A stretch of DNA of 64,000 nt. Source: Adineta vaga (Eukaryota > Animalia > Rotifera). This document shows positions 13,308 to 29,500 of this stretch, one piece after another. The notes under the pieces were generated by a model. That model ran no database searches, had not been told where the DNA came from, and worked only from the letters and a program-made list of their open reading frames with translations. The DNA lies in assembly GCA_021613535.1 (NCBI GenBank), contig CP075493.1, forward strand, positions 3,596,001-3,660,000, written 5' to 3'. Within the stretch, counting starts at the first letter, position 1, and every line of letters begins with the position of its first letter. Position numbers and translations under genes: made by a program.

Positions 13308-16300
13308 ATGACAAGCGGATTAAAAGATAATGGTAGCGGCGGACAGCCGATGCTTTTGTTACAATCAGGTGAACAACAAGTTATTGTAAGTATATTCTAT
13401 TCAATTGTTTTACTAATGTTATTTTTCTTTTCTTTTTTTTGTCAAGGTCGCTTGCCGTATTCGGCCAATGACCGAAGAAGAAGTTCTTGAAGGAGCTACG
13501 GGCGTTGCTCATAAAGTCGCCGATGATAATGTAAGTTTATTAAATATTGATATTTCAGATTTAATTAATATATGCATATATATATATATATAGATGGTTG
13601 TTTTACTTGATCCCGAAGAAGATCATGATAATGCTCTTCGTGCTAATCGATCCCGTGAACGTAAATATGTCTTTGATGTTGTTTCCGATGCTCGTGCTGA
13701 TCAACAAGAAGTCTATGCTTCGTCATCAAAATTACTTTTGAGTAGTGTCTTAGAAGGTTACAATGCCACCGTTTTTGCTTACGGCGCTACAGGTAGACAA
13801 AATAAAGAACAAAAATAGAATTTTAATTAGAGATTAATCTATTATCCATCATCATTATTAGGAGCTGGAAAAACTTATACGATGTTGGGTACAGAAAATA
13901 ATCCAGGTGTAATGTATCGTACTTTACATGATTTATTTGTGGAAATAAAAAAATTCGAAGGTCAACGCGAATATCAAGTGACAATGTCCTATTTAGAAAT
14001 CTATAATGAATTAATACGTGATTTACTTGCTCCCTCCTCCTCATTTCTTGAATTACGTGAAGATGCCAAAGGTACAATTCAAGTTGCTGGTCTAAGTGAA
14101 ATTGTTGCTAAAACTCCTGAAGAAGTTATGGATATGTTACATAAAGGAAACCGTGCTCGAACACAAGAACCAACTAAAGCAAATAAAACTTCATCACGAT
14201 CTCATGCAGTCTTACAAGTTAATATTAAACAACGTGATGTTAATCGTTCACATACAGATCAAGTTCGATTTGGTAAAGAAACAAATTTAATCCTATCTCG
14301 ATTATATCAACATAAGAAAATTTCATTTCGTTCTAGCGAAACTCTATATGATCGATTTAGCTGGTTCAGAACGAGCAGCACAAACTCAAAATACAGGCAA
14401 ACGAATGATAGAAGGTATTGTAAAGAATTTAGAAAAAAAAAACATAATAATTAAAATTCATTTTCATTTTGTACAGGTGCTCATATTAATCGGTCATTAC
14501 TTGCCTTGGGAAATTGTATCAATGCCTTGAGTGAAAAAGGCAATACTAAATATGTGAACTATCGTGATAGTAAATTAACTCGAATATTGAAAGATTCCTT
14601 GGGCGGAAATTCTCGGACACTAATGATTGCACATATTTCTCCAGCATCGATACATTTTGAAGAATCTCGAAATACATTAAACTATGCAGATCGAGCAAAA
14701 TATATCAAAACAAAAGTTTGTTTCCTCTGATGGTTGATCGATATTTTTGGAAAAAAAAAATTTATCTTTTTTATTCATAGATTCGTCGAAATGTTGTTGA
14801 TGTTTCCTATCATATAGCTCAATATAAACAAATTATACAAGATCTACGTAATCAAGTTCAATTGCTACGTGAACAAAGAGATGATCTTGAAATGCGTTTA
14901 ACAACAAATAATGAAGCACGATTCAGTCGATTGGGAAGTATGTAACTGAACTTACTATGTCTAGTGGTAAAAACCCTTGTTAGACGTGAATTACTTTTTC
15001 AAACGAGTTCAGCTTGACACATTCGAGTACCGAGAACAAAACACATATCGATAAAAGGAAATACATTTACGTTTGTTTTTGAACGTGCACAATGAGAAAC
15101 TTGTACGTTGCTTTTCAAGTAACATTCGAATACAATTCCGTAAACTAATTGTTCGTTATTTAGATAATAACACAACTGAACGTCTTCGGGTAGAAGAAAG
15201 TTTAAAATTAAAAGAAAATATTGTTCAATCTTATCGTAAACAAATCGATGCTCGACGTGCCTTACTTGAAATCGATACTGGAATTATGGACATTGCACAT
15301 GAATGTCAACGAAATGAATCTATTGTTGAACAGTAAATGACAATATAGTTTAGAAATAGTTGATAAAAATCCTTTCGTTTTCTTTAGAAAAGAATCAAAT
15401 GATGAGAATAGTCCACGTAATCAGAAGAAATCGACAGATGATATTCTTGCTGAAATCAATGTATCTGATAATGCAAAACAACGTGCACGTGCAGAATTAC
15501 GAGTACTCGAACAAGAACGTGCGAAATTAGAAAAACAACGTAAAACTCAATTACAAGAATTCGAAACATCAAAAAATGATTCACGGCGATTACTTGATGT
15601 TCGTAGATGACGAAAATTTCTTCCATTAAGATCTTTGTATATATTCATTGCTTTTTAGAAAGTAACAAAGAAAATGAATACAGGTGAACAACGTGAATTA
15701 TTAAGATTATTAACAGAAAATTTCGAATTTGAAATGAAAACAATTGAATTACAAGCTGAAATATTTGTTCGAGATTATACGATTAAACATAAAGATTTAC
15801 AATTATTACGCATGTCACAACATCGAAGTTTATGTGATACAATTATTTTTCAACAAAGAAAACTTATACAAGGTAAAGTAGCTCCTGGAAGAGAAAGTTT
15901 TCAATGAATAGATCCGTGAATTTTAATGATGAAAAGAACGAGAAAATACTTGAATAATTGATTCAATTTTAAAATTAGATTTTAATTGAAGCAATTTGAT
16001 GAAAATACTATTTCCGTTTTGTTGACGACTTTGTGAATACTGGGGAAAAACAAAAGAATCGTCAGCCGAGACAGGTCTCGAATGTCTAATATGATAATTA
16101 TTTGAATACCTCGATCAACCTAGATTAAATAATTATGTTTATTTATTTCTTTTTTGTAGACAACAGAATCTTAGTACCATCAGATCTTGAAGAACTTTAT
16201 CAACTGTATTCTCGAGATATTGATGAAGGCCAACTAATTCATGATTTGAAAAGTAAAGAATGATTTGCTTATAAGAACTTCGTCATTTATAATGATCTGT

Positions 16301-17461
16301 AATATTCTAGGTTATTCTCCTCGATTGGTAGCAGGTAATTCCACTAATGGTAAACCTTCTACTTCTGCATCCTTTCCATTTCTTTCTCAAATTGCTGAAG
16401 AAGATCTAACTAGTGCATCAACATCTGTGACTAGTTTTCATTTACCAAATAATGGCTCTCGACATTATCCAATGATGACATCAACTTTACCACCACATCG
16501 TACTCTCTCTGATCAAGATCTATTTACTCGTCTTCATGATGATTCAATAACGAATACAGATGTTGGACAAGATTTTATGTCAACAATAAGTAAACCGGTA
16601 TCTTATTCACATTTTAATTTTGATCAGACAACAAAACAATTAACAAAAGGAAATTCGTTAGCAAGTTTAAATTCTGAAAGTGCGGATGCTTCATTAGCGA
16701 ATGGTGATGGAACACGACGAAAAGGTCATGCAGGTTCACCAGCAAATGATTGGCCATCTGAATTATCACCTGCATTTCGAAATCATAATGGAAGAGACAA
16801 AATGGATCTTCGAAAACAAACACAAGATATAGCTGCACGTGCTGCTCAACGAAGAGCAAATCTTCATCATAAAGAACTCATGCAAGATATTGGTAAATTG
16901 AATACGAAGATCTATTTCGACTGTTTTGTTAATATTTTCTTTTTAGGTCCAGCTCTCTCTTCTGATCGTATTATAGCAAAGGAAAATAGTGCAGGTGCTC
17001 TTGGTCTTGAACCGATCGGTAGTAAACCGAAAAAAACCGTTACAATCAATGATCCCGTTTTGGTAAAATCTTTCTTTTTTTTGAGGGGCAAAATCGAATT
17101 CTAATTTTAATAATTCTATAGGATCGAACTCGAGGAAATGATTTCCAGCGAACAAATTCTGAATCTCCTGATTTCAATGCTCATTACGGATCAAACAGTG
17201 GTAAGAACTTCTACATTTCATTCTTATAAATCAAATAAACTATTATATTATTCTAGATTTAGATCCATTCTATTCAACATCATACAATCGTGGTTCACGA
17301 AATACAAATAAAAAACGATCGATTTGTAAGTCAAACGTTTTTTTGTTCAATCATTACAAAACAAATGACAAATTTTCTTTTTCTTAGCTCATGGTTCATC
17401 TACCAACAATCGTTCGAGTGGACCAGTTGCCAATGTTGTCGTTCCTCGAGATTATTATTAA
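13308..17461 (+). CDS. KIF19: Kinesin-8 family motor KIF19, multi-exon
   Basis: [37 protein letters not shown] (P-loop split by an intron), [61 protein letters not shown], then a coiled coil and low-complexity tail ending VPRDYY* at 17461. Confidence 0.9.
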
Positions 17462-18422
17462 ACATCAAAGACACGGTGCATTTGTTTTTCCTTTAATAAA
17501 AAATTTTCTCTTGTGCTATATCGATATATATTTTTCTTTATAAAAAAAGAAGTTCTTTTTTTTCTTTTTCTAAATATTTTTAAATCTTTTATTTTCTGTG
17601 TGTCAATGATTAAATTATGAAAATAACATAAATGAATGAAGATGAATACACAATCGGTGTTTGCTTTATCTTTTTCTTTTCTATTGTGATTGAACTATTT
17701 TTAAGGTATATAAATAAATAGTGCTATAGAAATATGAACTAATTCTTCATTATCATATTAGATATGCGCAGGTTTCTTTTCTAAATGATAAAACTTGCCG
17801 GTCGTTTTCTCTGGTGTGAAAAATTTCCCATTATTTGATGCATTATTTATAACATCGTCGGTCGACTTAAATGCAAAAAATATATTTAATAAATAGTATT
17901 TTTTTGAGTTTATTTATATTACAGTTTTTCTTTTTCAGTGAGAACATATTGTTGATAGAACTGACAATTCAAACTTTCCTTCAGAGTTTTCCAACGATGC
18001 GATGACGCGTTCTCATAATCCGGATGAGAATATTCGAATAGATGTCGCTAATATTTGTCATGTTTTCGAAAAACAAATATCGTTCGAATCGAAAATAAAC
18101 TGTTTCTTCGAAAGATATTCGATTGAAATCATTCGTTGAGATTTTTGCTCAGTATTTCGAGAAATAATTGAATTCTGATTGATTCTAGTCGATTATCCTA
18201 TGAAAATAATTTGTTTGTTTATTTATTTCAATAGTCAATGATTGAGTTTTTGTTCTGTTCTGTTTCCTGTAGTAAATCTTCTCTTTAGGCTAATCATATG
18301 ACCTACTTTATAATCCTTTCGTAAGGAAAATCCATTGAGTCTTCTCATAAAAATTTATAAAAAACAGAAATTTTTCAAAATTATCATTACGATCTTTCAG
18401 TTTTGATTTGTTTTCTAGATAA

Positions 18423-20663
18423 ATGACGAAAAATGCTGATGGTGATAATCTTTACAGTCGTACGGCAGGATTGGTTGCTGAATTTGAACGTACACGGGAT
18501 CCTGATTCGACGGAAATTGGTCAACAATTTGCTGTACGAAAATATAACTTCTTCATTTTTATCTTTTATCTTTTCTTCTTCTTCGTAGCAATTACAAAAA
18601 GCTATGATAGACAATAATGACGTTCTGTCTTGTCTCGAAGGTGCAAAACCAAGTAATCGATTAAAAAATCGCTATAAAGATGTTCTACCATGTAAGTTAA
18701 AATACTATTAAGATTAGTTTTCTATGAAAGAAATGAATTTTTAGATGATAAATGTCGAGTGATTCTTACATCGGAAAATGATTCAGATTATATCAATGCA
18801 TCGTTTATTGAAGTAATGAAAGAGTTTATTTGATTCGTTTGATTATAAAATGTTATTTTAGGATTTAAATGGACATCGTCGATATATTGCAGCACAGGGA
18901 CCTATTGAAGAATCAGTAACGGATTTTTTTCGTATGATTTATGATTTTAAAATCGTATCAATTATTTGTACGGCTAATGATGTTGAAGCTGGACGAGTAA
19001 GAATCATTTTCTCTTCAGGAAGAAAAGCTTTTGAGTCTTGAACAAATCTATTTTTCGTTTGAAAATTTAGTTTAAATTTCGCCGTTATTGGCCTGATGAA
19101 AATGAAGAATCACTCCAATTTGGACCTTACAAGATTAGTAAAGTAATTGCGATATTTTTAATCAAATTCAATGTTTTAATCAACTGTCATATATAGGATC
19201 AATCGAGTGATAAAGGTTACACTTGTACTGATTATGAAATACGTCCATTGATTATTTCTCGAGATGATGATAATCAACAACAACATGTATTACTTTATCA
19301 TTTTTTACATTGGCCTGATCATGACATCCCCAATGATGAAGCTCCCATACTTGATTTACTCTTACGATTATATAAAGATCGAGATTCTTCAATCGATTCG
19401 CCAATACTAGTGCATTGCAGGTTAATTTAAAACAATTTATCGTATTAATCTCGTCTTGTTTCATTTTCAACTTATGTTCTAGTGCTGGTTGTGGTCGAAC
19501 TGGTAGTATTATTGCTATTGATCTCTGTCGTTTATATTTAAATGATGAGGTTAGTGGAAAAGAGAAAGAAAATGTTTTTGATTCGATAACAATGTATGCA
19601 TATATTTTAGCACTTATCTTCAAATGAAGATTATCAACCCTATCCGGTATTTAAAATTGCTTCTTATATTCGTCAATTTCGTATTGCATTAATTCAAACT
19701 CTTGTAAGTATTTGTTGTTTTTCTTATCATAATTTTGCTAATATATTTTGTTTTGTTTTTCCAGAAACAATATTTCTTCGTTCATAAAATGTTTTTATTT
19801 CTAATGAAATCAACTGGTACTGTTTCCTCAAATTCTACAGAAAACAACGACGAAAATCAAACATGTAATTTTTTGTTACCACAAGATACATGAAAGATTT
19901 TCATGTCGTATGAACATTACTATTTTTTTTTCTTCAAACATAAATTTAGTTTTTGAAAGATAATCGACAAAAGAAAACTCTATAGATATCATACATTATT
20001 CTAGTCGACTAATATGAAAGATCATTATGAGAATAAAATGGCATTAGAACATTTGCGGAGAGATTGATTTGCTACAGATACGTCAGATAGTATTGACATT
20101 GAAACAATTTGTATTCATATGATCGATTTGAAAGATTCTTTTGTGCACTTGTTTAATCTTTACGATTAAAAAGTTGAAGCTGATTTCTTCTATCATGACA
20201 ATCATCAAGTGATTCTTTCTTTTTGTTAGTTCCATCAGCATTACCTACGTCCACTAAATCGCTTTCATTACGTCGTCCATCTGCGCCACTTCAAATAACA
20301 CTTCGTAATCCGCCCATTGGTCGTCGTTTATTAAATGGCAGTAATATTAGCAATACCCCGTCGCCTACAATATCTCCTTTGGAATTCTTTCCACCAGCAT
20401 CGAAATCTTCATCATTGAATGACACATTACTAACAGCTGATCCTCTAGCAATCCCTTCATGTAACTCACTTTTACAAACAAGTCATATTCAACACGAAAA
20501 TGACTTGAATCATACAAATGAAACATCAAACGAGACACTTGGCAATGTTCGACAAACAAAATCAAAAAGTTCGCGTTCAGATTCTGCTAATGTTCATTTA
20601 ATTGTTTCTTCAACTTTTCAAGAAAATGAAGTTTCAAACGAACAAAAATCTAAATTAGATTAA
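18423..20663 (+). CDS. Non-receptor protein tyrosine phosphatase, PTPN12/18/22 (PEST) subfamily, multi-exon
   Basis: KNRYKDVLPY, DYINAS, YIAAQGP, WPDHD, VHCSAGCGRTG (the CGRTG variant typical of the PTP-PEST group), IRQFRIALIQT, and a Pro/Ser-rich C-terminal exon. Confidence 0.88.
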
Positions 20664-20986
20664 AACAAAATTTACATCTATTTTCGTTGTGTTGTTGTTT
20701 TTTCTATGGTGCTTTATTTTTTATTCTTTATTATGCATATCAATGTGAAATCAATCTCAACAATTTCAAAATCAATAGTCGGTTATTATGTCGCCGTCCT
20801 TTATTAACAGTTTTTCTTTTCTTTTTTTTGTTTACGCTAACCGGTGAGCGTAGTTGTATGTGTTTTATTTTTTCAATTGTATTTCTTTTTTGTCTTATTC
20901 ATTGTATGAAAGAAACAAAAATGAGTATGAAAGTAATTCATATGTATATGTTTATCTTTTTATTAATTATCTGTAGATTAAAATCC

Positions 20987-23056
<2,070 letters not shown>

Positions 23057-23288
23057 TCGATGTTTTTCGAACAGTTTCGTTTTTATCTAGTCGTTTATGT
23101 AGATATTCTTGCGTGATTGATCTTCTTTTTTTTTTGTATAAATGTGGAATATCTAATCAGAATATTTTTTTTTGTAAAAAGAAAAACTAATAAACTTATT
23201 TATTTTTCAATAAAAGTGGCTTTTAAATTGAAAATATACACATTAAAAAAAGCCGCCGAAAACTATTCTCTTTTCTTTCAACAAAATC

Positions 23289-23564
23289 ATGTCTAGTATT
23301 ATTGCAATATGTTTACTTATTTCTGCTAGTATTTGTCTTCTTCTTGTTATTAGTATTACAATATATATACTCTATGTAATTAAACATCGTTCAACAAATG
23401 TTGGATTTGCTATTAGCTTAATACATAATATACTTAAACAAAAAATGCTTGTACCTCTTATGATATTAGTTCGTTTTCATTTTCCATTTCCAATTATGTT
23501 ATTTGTTGCATTTCTAAGACGAAATTCATCATCACAAACGAAAACAAATGACAATGCAAATTAA
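23289..23564 (+). CDS. Hypothetical small two-TM protein
   Basis: 91-aa ORF with two hydrophobic stretches and T/A-ending codons like the neighbouring genes. No recognisable family. Confidence 0.4.
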   Translation: MSSIIAICLLISASICLLLVISITIYILYVIKHRSTNVGFAISLIHNILKQKMLVPLMILVRFHFPFPIMLFVAFLRRNSSSQTKTNDNAN

Positions 23565-23891
23565 ATTTCAAAGAATTCCGTAAGAATTGATGAATTCTTA
23601 ATTAAACAAATGTAAAACGTTGTTTTTTTTTGATTCCTTATCAAAAGATACGACGCAGTTTGATATCAAATAATACTTTAGAAAACCTAATAACGAAATA
23701 AATAAATCATTTTGCTGTATAATTAATTCGTTTATTTGAGATAAATAATAACTTCAAAGAAAATGAAGAAAAAAAAACAACATTGTTTTTATTCACACAC
23801 ACACGCACACATAGAAAAAAAACAGACTGTTTCTTCAAGTTGACTAGGCATTCGGAAAATCAAACAATATAATAGAATATGTATATTTTTA

Positions 23892-25490
23892 TTAAGCTAC
23901 TAGTGGTGTTCGTTCATTGTAATCTTCATCATTGAGATTACTTTTATAAGCTGATAGTTTCGTACGATCTGATGTAAGTATTTCATGACGATTTCCACCG
24001 ATATTTGCTTTCCATAAACTCAAAGTCATTGCAATAGTTAAGATAGCAACACCAGCTGGTATGAAGGATAAAATTTGTCTATAATACAGTTGACATTTCG
24101 GTGTTGTATTTGCTGAACATGGGTTAAATTGTTGAATAGCAGCAATAGCAATACCATTCGCGAGTTTATCTGCAAATGACATAATTCCATATACGAAAGC
24201 ACCACATTCCGTATTTAAACCAATTAAATCCGATGTCAAAGAAAATGAACAAATATTTGTTGTTGATGTTCCAATGCCAAGTAAAACACAAGCAACAATC
24301 AATGTAATTTCAATTGGTATGAGTGGTTTCAATTGAAAAATAAACCAAAATAAAAGTGTACTTGAAAAAATAAATGTTAAACCAACAATCATTGTTATTT
24401 TTCGTCCAAGACGTTTATTAATTGCACGCATTGGAAATGATGCAATTAAACCACTAACATATGAACATAAAGGAGCAATAGCAACAAAAATACGATCAAG
24501 AGTAGAAATTGTATCGATTATATACAAAGGTAAAAAGACCTAAATAAAATTATCAATCTAATACGATGATTTCTTTGTTAGAAGAAAGTTTTACTTGTGT
24601 TACGTTGAGTATGACACGTGTAAACATCCAAATGGCTGCACATTGATAAAATTCTTTTTCACGTAAAAAACATTTCCATGTCATTCGTTTCAATCGTCCA
24701 CTTGAAGTTAATGATAGTTGTAGTCGACTTTCCGTCTCTTCAGCAGGTAATTCCGATTCTTTTAAACCAAAATGAAAAACCATCATACAAACTGCACCTA
24801 ATCCAACAACAATAAATGTTAATGTTCGAAATATATGTGCATCCGCTGGTGTTATATCCGTTTTATCATCACCATTATGAACACCTAAAAGAACACTAGC
24901 CATAGCATAAACAAATATATTAGATACAACTGTCCAAGCATAACGATATGAATTCAAAGCAACACGTTCACCATCTTTATGTGTTAATTCATTAATCATT
25001 GATCTAAACGAAATAATTGAGTTCCATTATATATATATATATAAAACAATCGAACCACTTACAAATGTGTTATTTGTGAGCATGACCATCCAAATTGAAA
25101 AACAACAATAAACATTGCATAATAGATAAATTGTGCCCATAAATCACTATATCGACATCCAATACATACATTGAAACAAAATGGAAATGATCCAAGTACA
25201 CACACAACACCAATGAGATGCCAAGTTTTTCTTCGACCATAATGAAATAAACCTGTACGTGTTCGATCTGATTCAAATCCGACGAATGTTGTAGCTAAAG
25301 CATCAGCTATTTGACCAATTAATAAAAGATATCCAGCAGATGCGTTCGAAAAATTGACCACACGATGATAGAAAACAAGTAAATAGGAAAACCACATGGA
25401 TGCACTAAGATCATTTAGTACATGTCCAACACTATAGGCAAGTTTTGTCTTTTTTGATACAACATCTGCATCAGATACAATGGGCTCCAT
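23892..25490 (-). CDS. MFSD12: Major facilitator superfamily domain-containing protein 12 (3 exons)
   Basis: AYSVGHVLNDLSASMWFSYLL, GQIADA, YGRRKTWHLIG, VFQFGWS, GAFVYGIMSFADKLANG, C-terminal ERTPLV. Confidence 0.93.
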
Positions 25491-26563
25491 TGAAACGAGA
25501 AAGAAAATGAATTACCTAAAATGTAAATTACCAAAATTTAAATGTCATTATAAAGAGACACACGTATGCATAAATAGTCATTCAAAAAAAATGTTTCGTC
25601 ATTCTTATTCGAGTTTTATTTCAACAATTTACTTTATGTGTAAAAGACGAAGAACTCAAACAGTAGAACGATGAAAAGTAAATGTAAAGAAGATAAAAGA
25701 GATAAAACAAAACAAAAAAAAGATAGAACTTCTCGATAAGATTTTAATATCAATTCATCCATTCTGACATCACATATCACTGATAAAACGAAAAATATGT
25801 CTCAATAACAAATTAAAATTGTTTTAACGATTAGATATTCGATATTTTTCAACAGTTTTGCATTTCAAGACGACATGATTTTTATCATAGAATAATAAAA
25901 CTGATTCATATAGATAAAACAACATTCTTTGTTATTTTTCGACTTTCTGCTGACTCGACAAAATGTTTGTCAACATATTCGAAATACCGTTTACAATTAT
26001 TAAATAACTTGAATCTTTCGATGTACTTAGATGATAAGGCAATTATCTCAACAAATCAAAACGTTCCTTTTTTTATTTTATTTTCAAATAGCATTCGAGA
26101 ATACAACATAAATTTACACATTTATTCACGGTAAGTGTGAAAAAAATTCATTAAAACTTGAAAATATATCGATTTATTGATTAAAATTAACACATTAATA
26201 TTTTTTTTTGAAGATTAAACAATATGTATTTCTATTTTTTCGTGAAATTTGTTTATTTCTAATAAACTATTAGTATGATATATTGAGTCTGCTGATATTG
26301 GGTGTAAACACAAGTACAATATAGAAACAAAAATAAAAATCTTTAACATAACATTTATTTTTCTTTCTCTTTATTGCAATCGTGTAAATCTTGTTATAGA
26401 ACCAAAAAAGAAAAAACCAAACGACCGGGAAATGTTCTTTTCCATACGTAAATGAAATGAATATATATTTATATATATACATACATAGATACTGTTTTCG
26501 TATCATTAGTTCATTGATCGAGATTAAAAAGAAATATATGGCGGGACTCGAAAAAATCATATT

Positions 26564-29500
26564 CTAATCAATGAATGTCCAAACTTCAACACTTGCAATG
26601 ATAAAATCTTCCTTGGATGATAATAGAGTATTATCAAATGTTTTACTTCGACATGTACGACCATGATATAGATCTGCATCAACCCATAAACCATATGTAC
26701 CTCTACAAAAAAAAATAAAACATATTTGATTGAAAAGAAGAAAAAAAATCTCTTTTGAAACATACTCTCCACTACCAATACCAAGTGATTTAACATCACC
26801 CTTGACAAAAAATTGATTATTACCAGTCCAATGAAATACCTAAAGTATAATATTGATATAACATGCGATACTTTGCCCTGAAATCCCTTGTACTTCTTCG
26901 AGAATTATTACATCCGTCCGGACTAACTTAGATAGAGAGATCGAATAATCTCAAACGTCTATATAGATACATCTATGTTACTGTTAAGAAAGCACGCGAT
27001 TCTATCTAGGAAAAAGGACTAATCTTCCCAAAGTATGAAGAATAAGAACAAGAACATCTTTAACTTAATCGAAGCAACCAAAGAAAGGATATGAATTCAT
27101 CTTAAGATTACAACGCTATTCACTCATGTTGTTTCATCCATACAGTCAAGTGTAATGAGTTGGAATAATAGTTGATAAAAATAGACAACTTATATTAAGA
27201 TGAACTTCCAAAAATACTTACTTGAAATTTTGGATGAAATGTAAAAAGAAATGATTCACCAGTACCATAAAAACCTTCACTAACCATTAATTGTTGTGAT
27301 ATATATGCTCCGAAAGTCTATTCAAATTAAAAAAAAAACAAAGGACTCTTATCGAAGTTATAAAAAGAAAAGAAAAGAACACAAATTTTGCTAATTTATT
27401 TACATTCTGTTCAATATCTTTAACAATGAGCAATGCCGGTGTATCACGATCAACTTCCATTGATCGACGATAAAGTTGATTTAAACTAAATCCATGAGCT
27501 TCAGTACTAAAGATAATTTGCCAATTAAGACCATGTACACGAGCAGGTAATTCAAGTAAAATCTTCAAAAGAATAAAAGAAGAAATTTGATCGTTGAGTC
27601 TTTCAATTTCATACTTGTTTCGACTTTTCTTCATCAATAAGTGTGGATGGCTGCAGAAGTTTAGGCGGTGGTATACCCGGATCAGATGTGTGTGTGTTAT
27701 TCGCATGTGTGGCATTAATGCGTCGATAAATTTCATCAACACTGATGATCTAAATAGACAATGTCATATTTCCGTTCTTATTCTTCGCTCAAATGTATTG
27801 TTTTGTTTTTTAATTTTAATCTTTTTTAGTCGTTTTTTCTTCTTCTTCTCTCTTAAATTCTCATACCGGAGTGGAACTATTTTGTCTATTGAAAGTTGAA
27901 CGATTAAGAATAGATGATGATGGTAATAAACTTTTCGCACGTTTCTTGAAACTTGCTAATTGTTGTTGATGATGAGGAATTTGTTCGAAAAAATCTTTTT
28001 TCGAATCAGATAAACGTCGTGCAAGTGTATGAAATGTTGAACGACGTGTAGTCAAGGGTGATGATGGTGGAGTTGATATAGTTGAAGAAGATGAAGCATT
28101 TGATAGAACTTTAGATAGCGTTCCAATCATAATCGTATTTCTTATTCGATTGTTATATTAATGTAGTTATACATTTATTAATAACAATAAGAAAAAAAGA
28201 AAAAAATGCGAATAGAAAAGATGCTTATATAGTTCTCTCATGTTGAAGAAATTTCCACCAATCCTCTTACAAAAGAACTTTTCAGTTCTTCTTTTATTCT
28301 TTTTCCGTCACGACTTTGTAGACAGACTATACTATCATAAACATATAATTGTATTCCGAAAAACAAATGATCATATTAAATATGTAACAGATCGATAGAA
28401 AAGAAAACTTATAATTATCAGTAACATCGAGTTTAATGTTACAATATATCAATTAAAGAAAATAAGAAGACGAAAGTTAATGAGTAATTTCGTGTTCTTT
28501 ACAATTTCTTAAAAGAAAATGCATTAACCTTGATGATTTATGAAATATGACAAATTGATTAGTCCCTTGATGGCAATGGCATCGCTATGTGAACTTCTTT
28601 CTTGTTTAAAATAATCTTTTTAGTAATATAGATTTGACAGATATAAAGCAAAATGAAATTAAATGTCATTCAACTAACAAAATGACATCTTTTTAACTCA
28701 GCTTTTCAATGTTTTTTTAGATATAAAAACAAATCGTTTTTCTCTTTCTTACCTCCCATTCTTTCAGCAATGTATTTTGTCGTTTAAGATAATGTTGTTT
28801 TTTCGTGTCATTCCCACTACTGTCAGATGAATTAGTTGCTGTTCGATCTCTTGAACTATTATTATTTTGAACAGATAGATAATCACCAGTTAATTCCGGA
28901 TCATCATTTGCTAAGAGTACAAAACCTTTGCCCGATGTAGGTTCTGTATGTTTTGATTGGTTCGAAGATGCATGACGATTGCCTTGATTTAATGAAGTAT
29001 TACTATTATCCGGATAATCATTATTGTAATATGGATCTAATGCACGTTCAGGACTCCAACGCAGAAAAAATGCATATAAATGATCAATTCTAAAATAGAA
29101 AGAAAGAAAAAAAAAACTTGATTAATTATACACTTCGATTTTCTTTGAGATAAACATTTCGCTTTTATTTCCGATTAATCGAGCTAGAAATATAATCTGT
29201 CTGATACTATTGAAACAAACTCATTTGGCAACGATCAAAATAGAAGGATAAAAAATATCTTAGTTGTCAACGTTCGTCTTTTATATTGATGAACGTAAAA
29301 ACGGATAAGATTAGGCCGCTATTATAGTTTAAAATAGTATCGAAAGATTTATTTCAGTACAAATTCTAAATAAAAACTATTTTTCTTTCGTTTGCTTTAC
29401 AACAGTGTAGAATTCACTTGACTGTTGCTTCTGTATTTGTTTACTAACGTGCTATTGAAACAGAATACATTTATGGACATAGAAAAGTGAACTTTAATTG

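Noticed and set aside
20687-20986. Hydrophobic N-terminal extension of ORF 20687-21499
   Set aside because: T-rich UTR/intergenic read-through; the RSPRY1-like sequence starts at MGNC (20987) after a splice acceptor.
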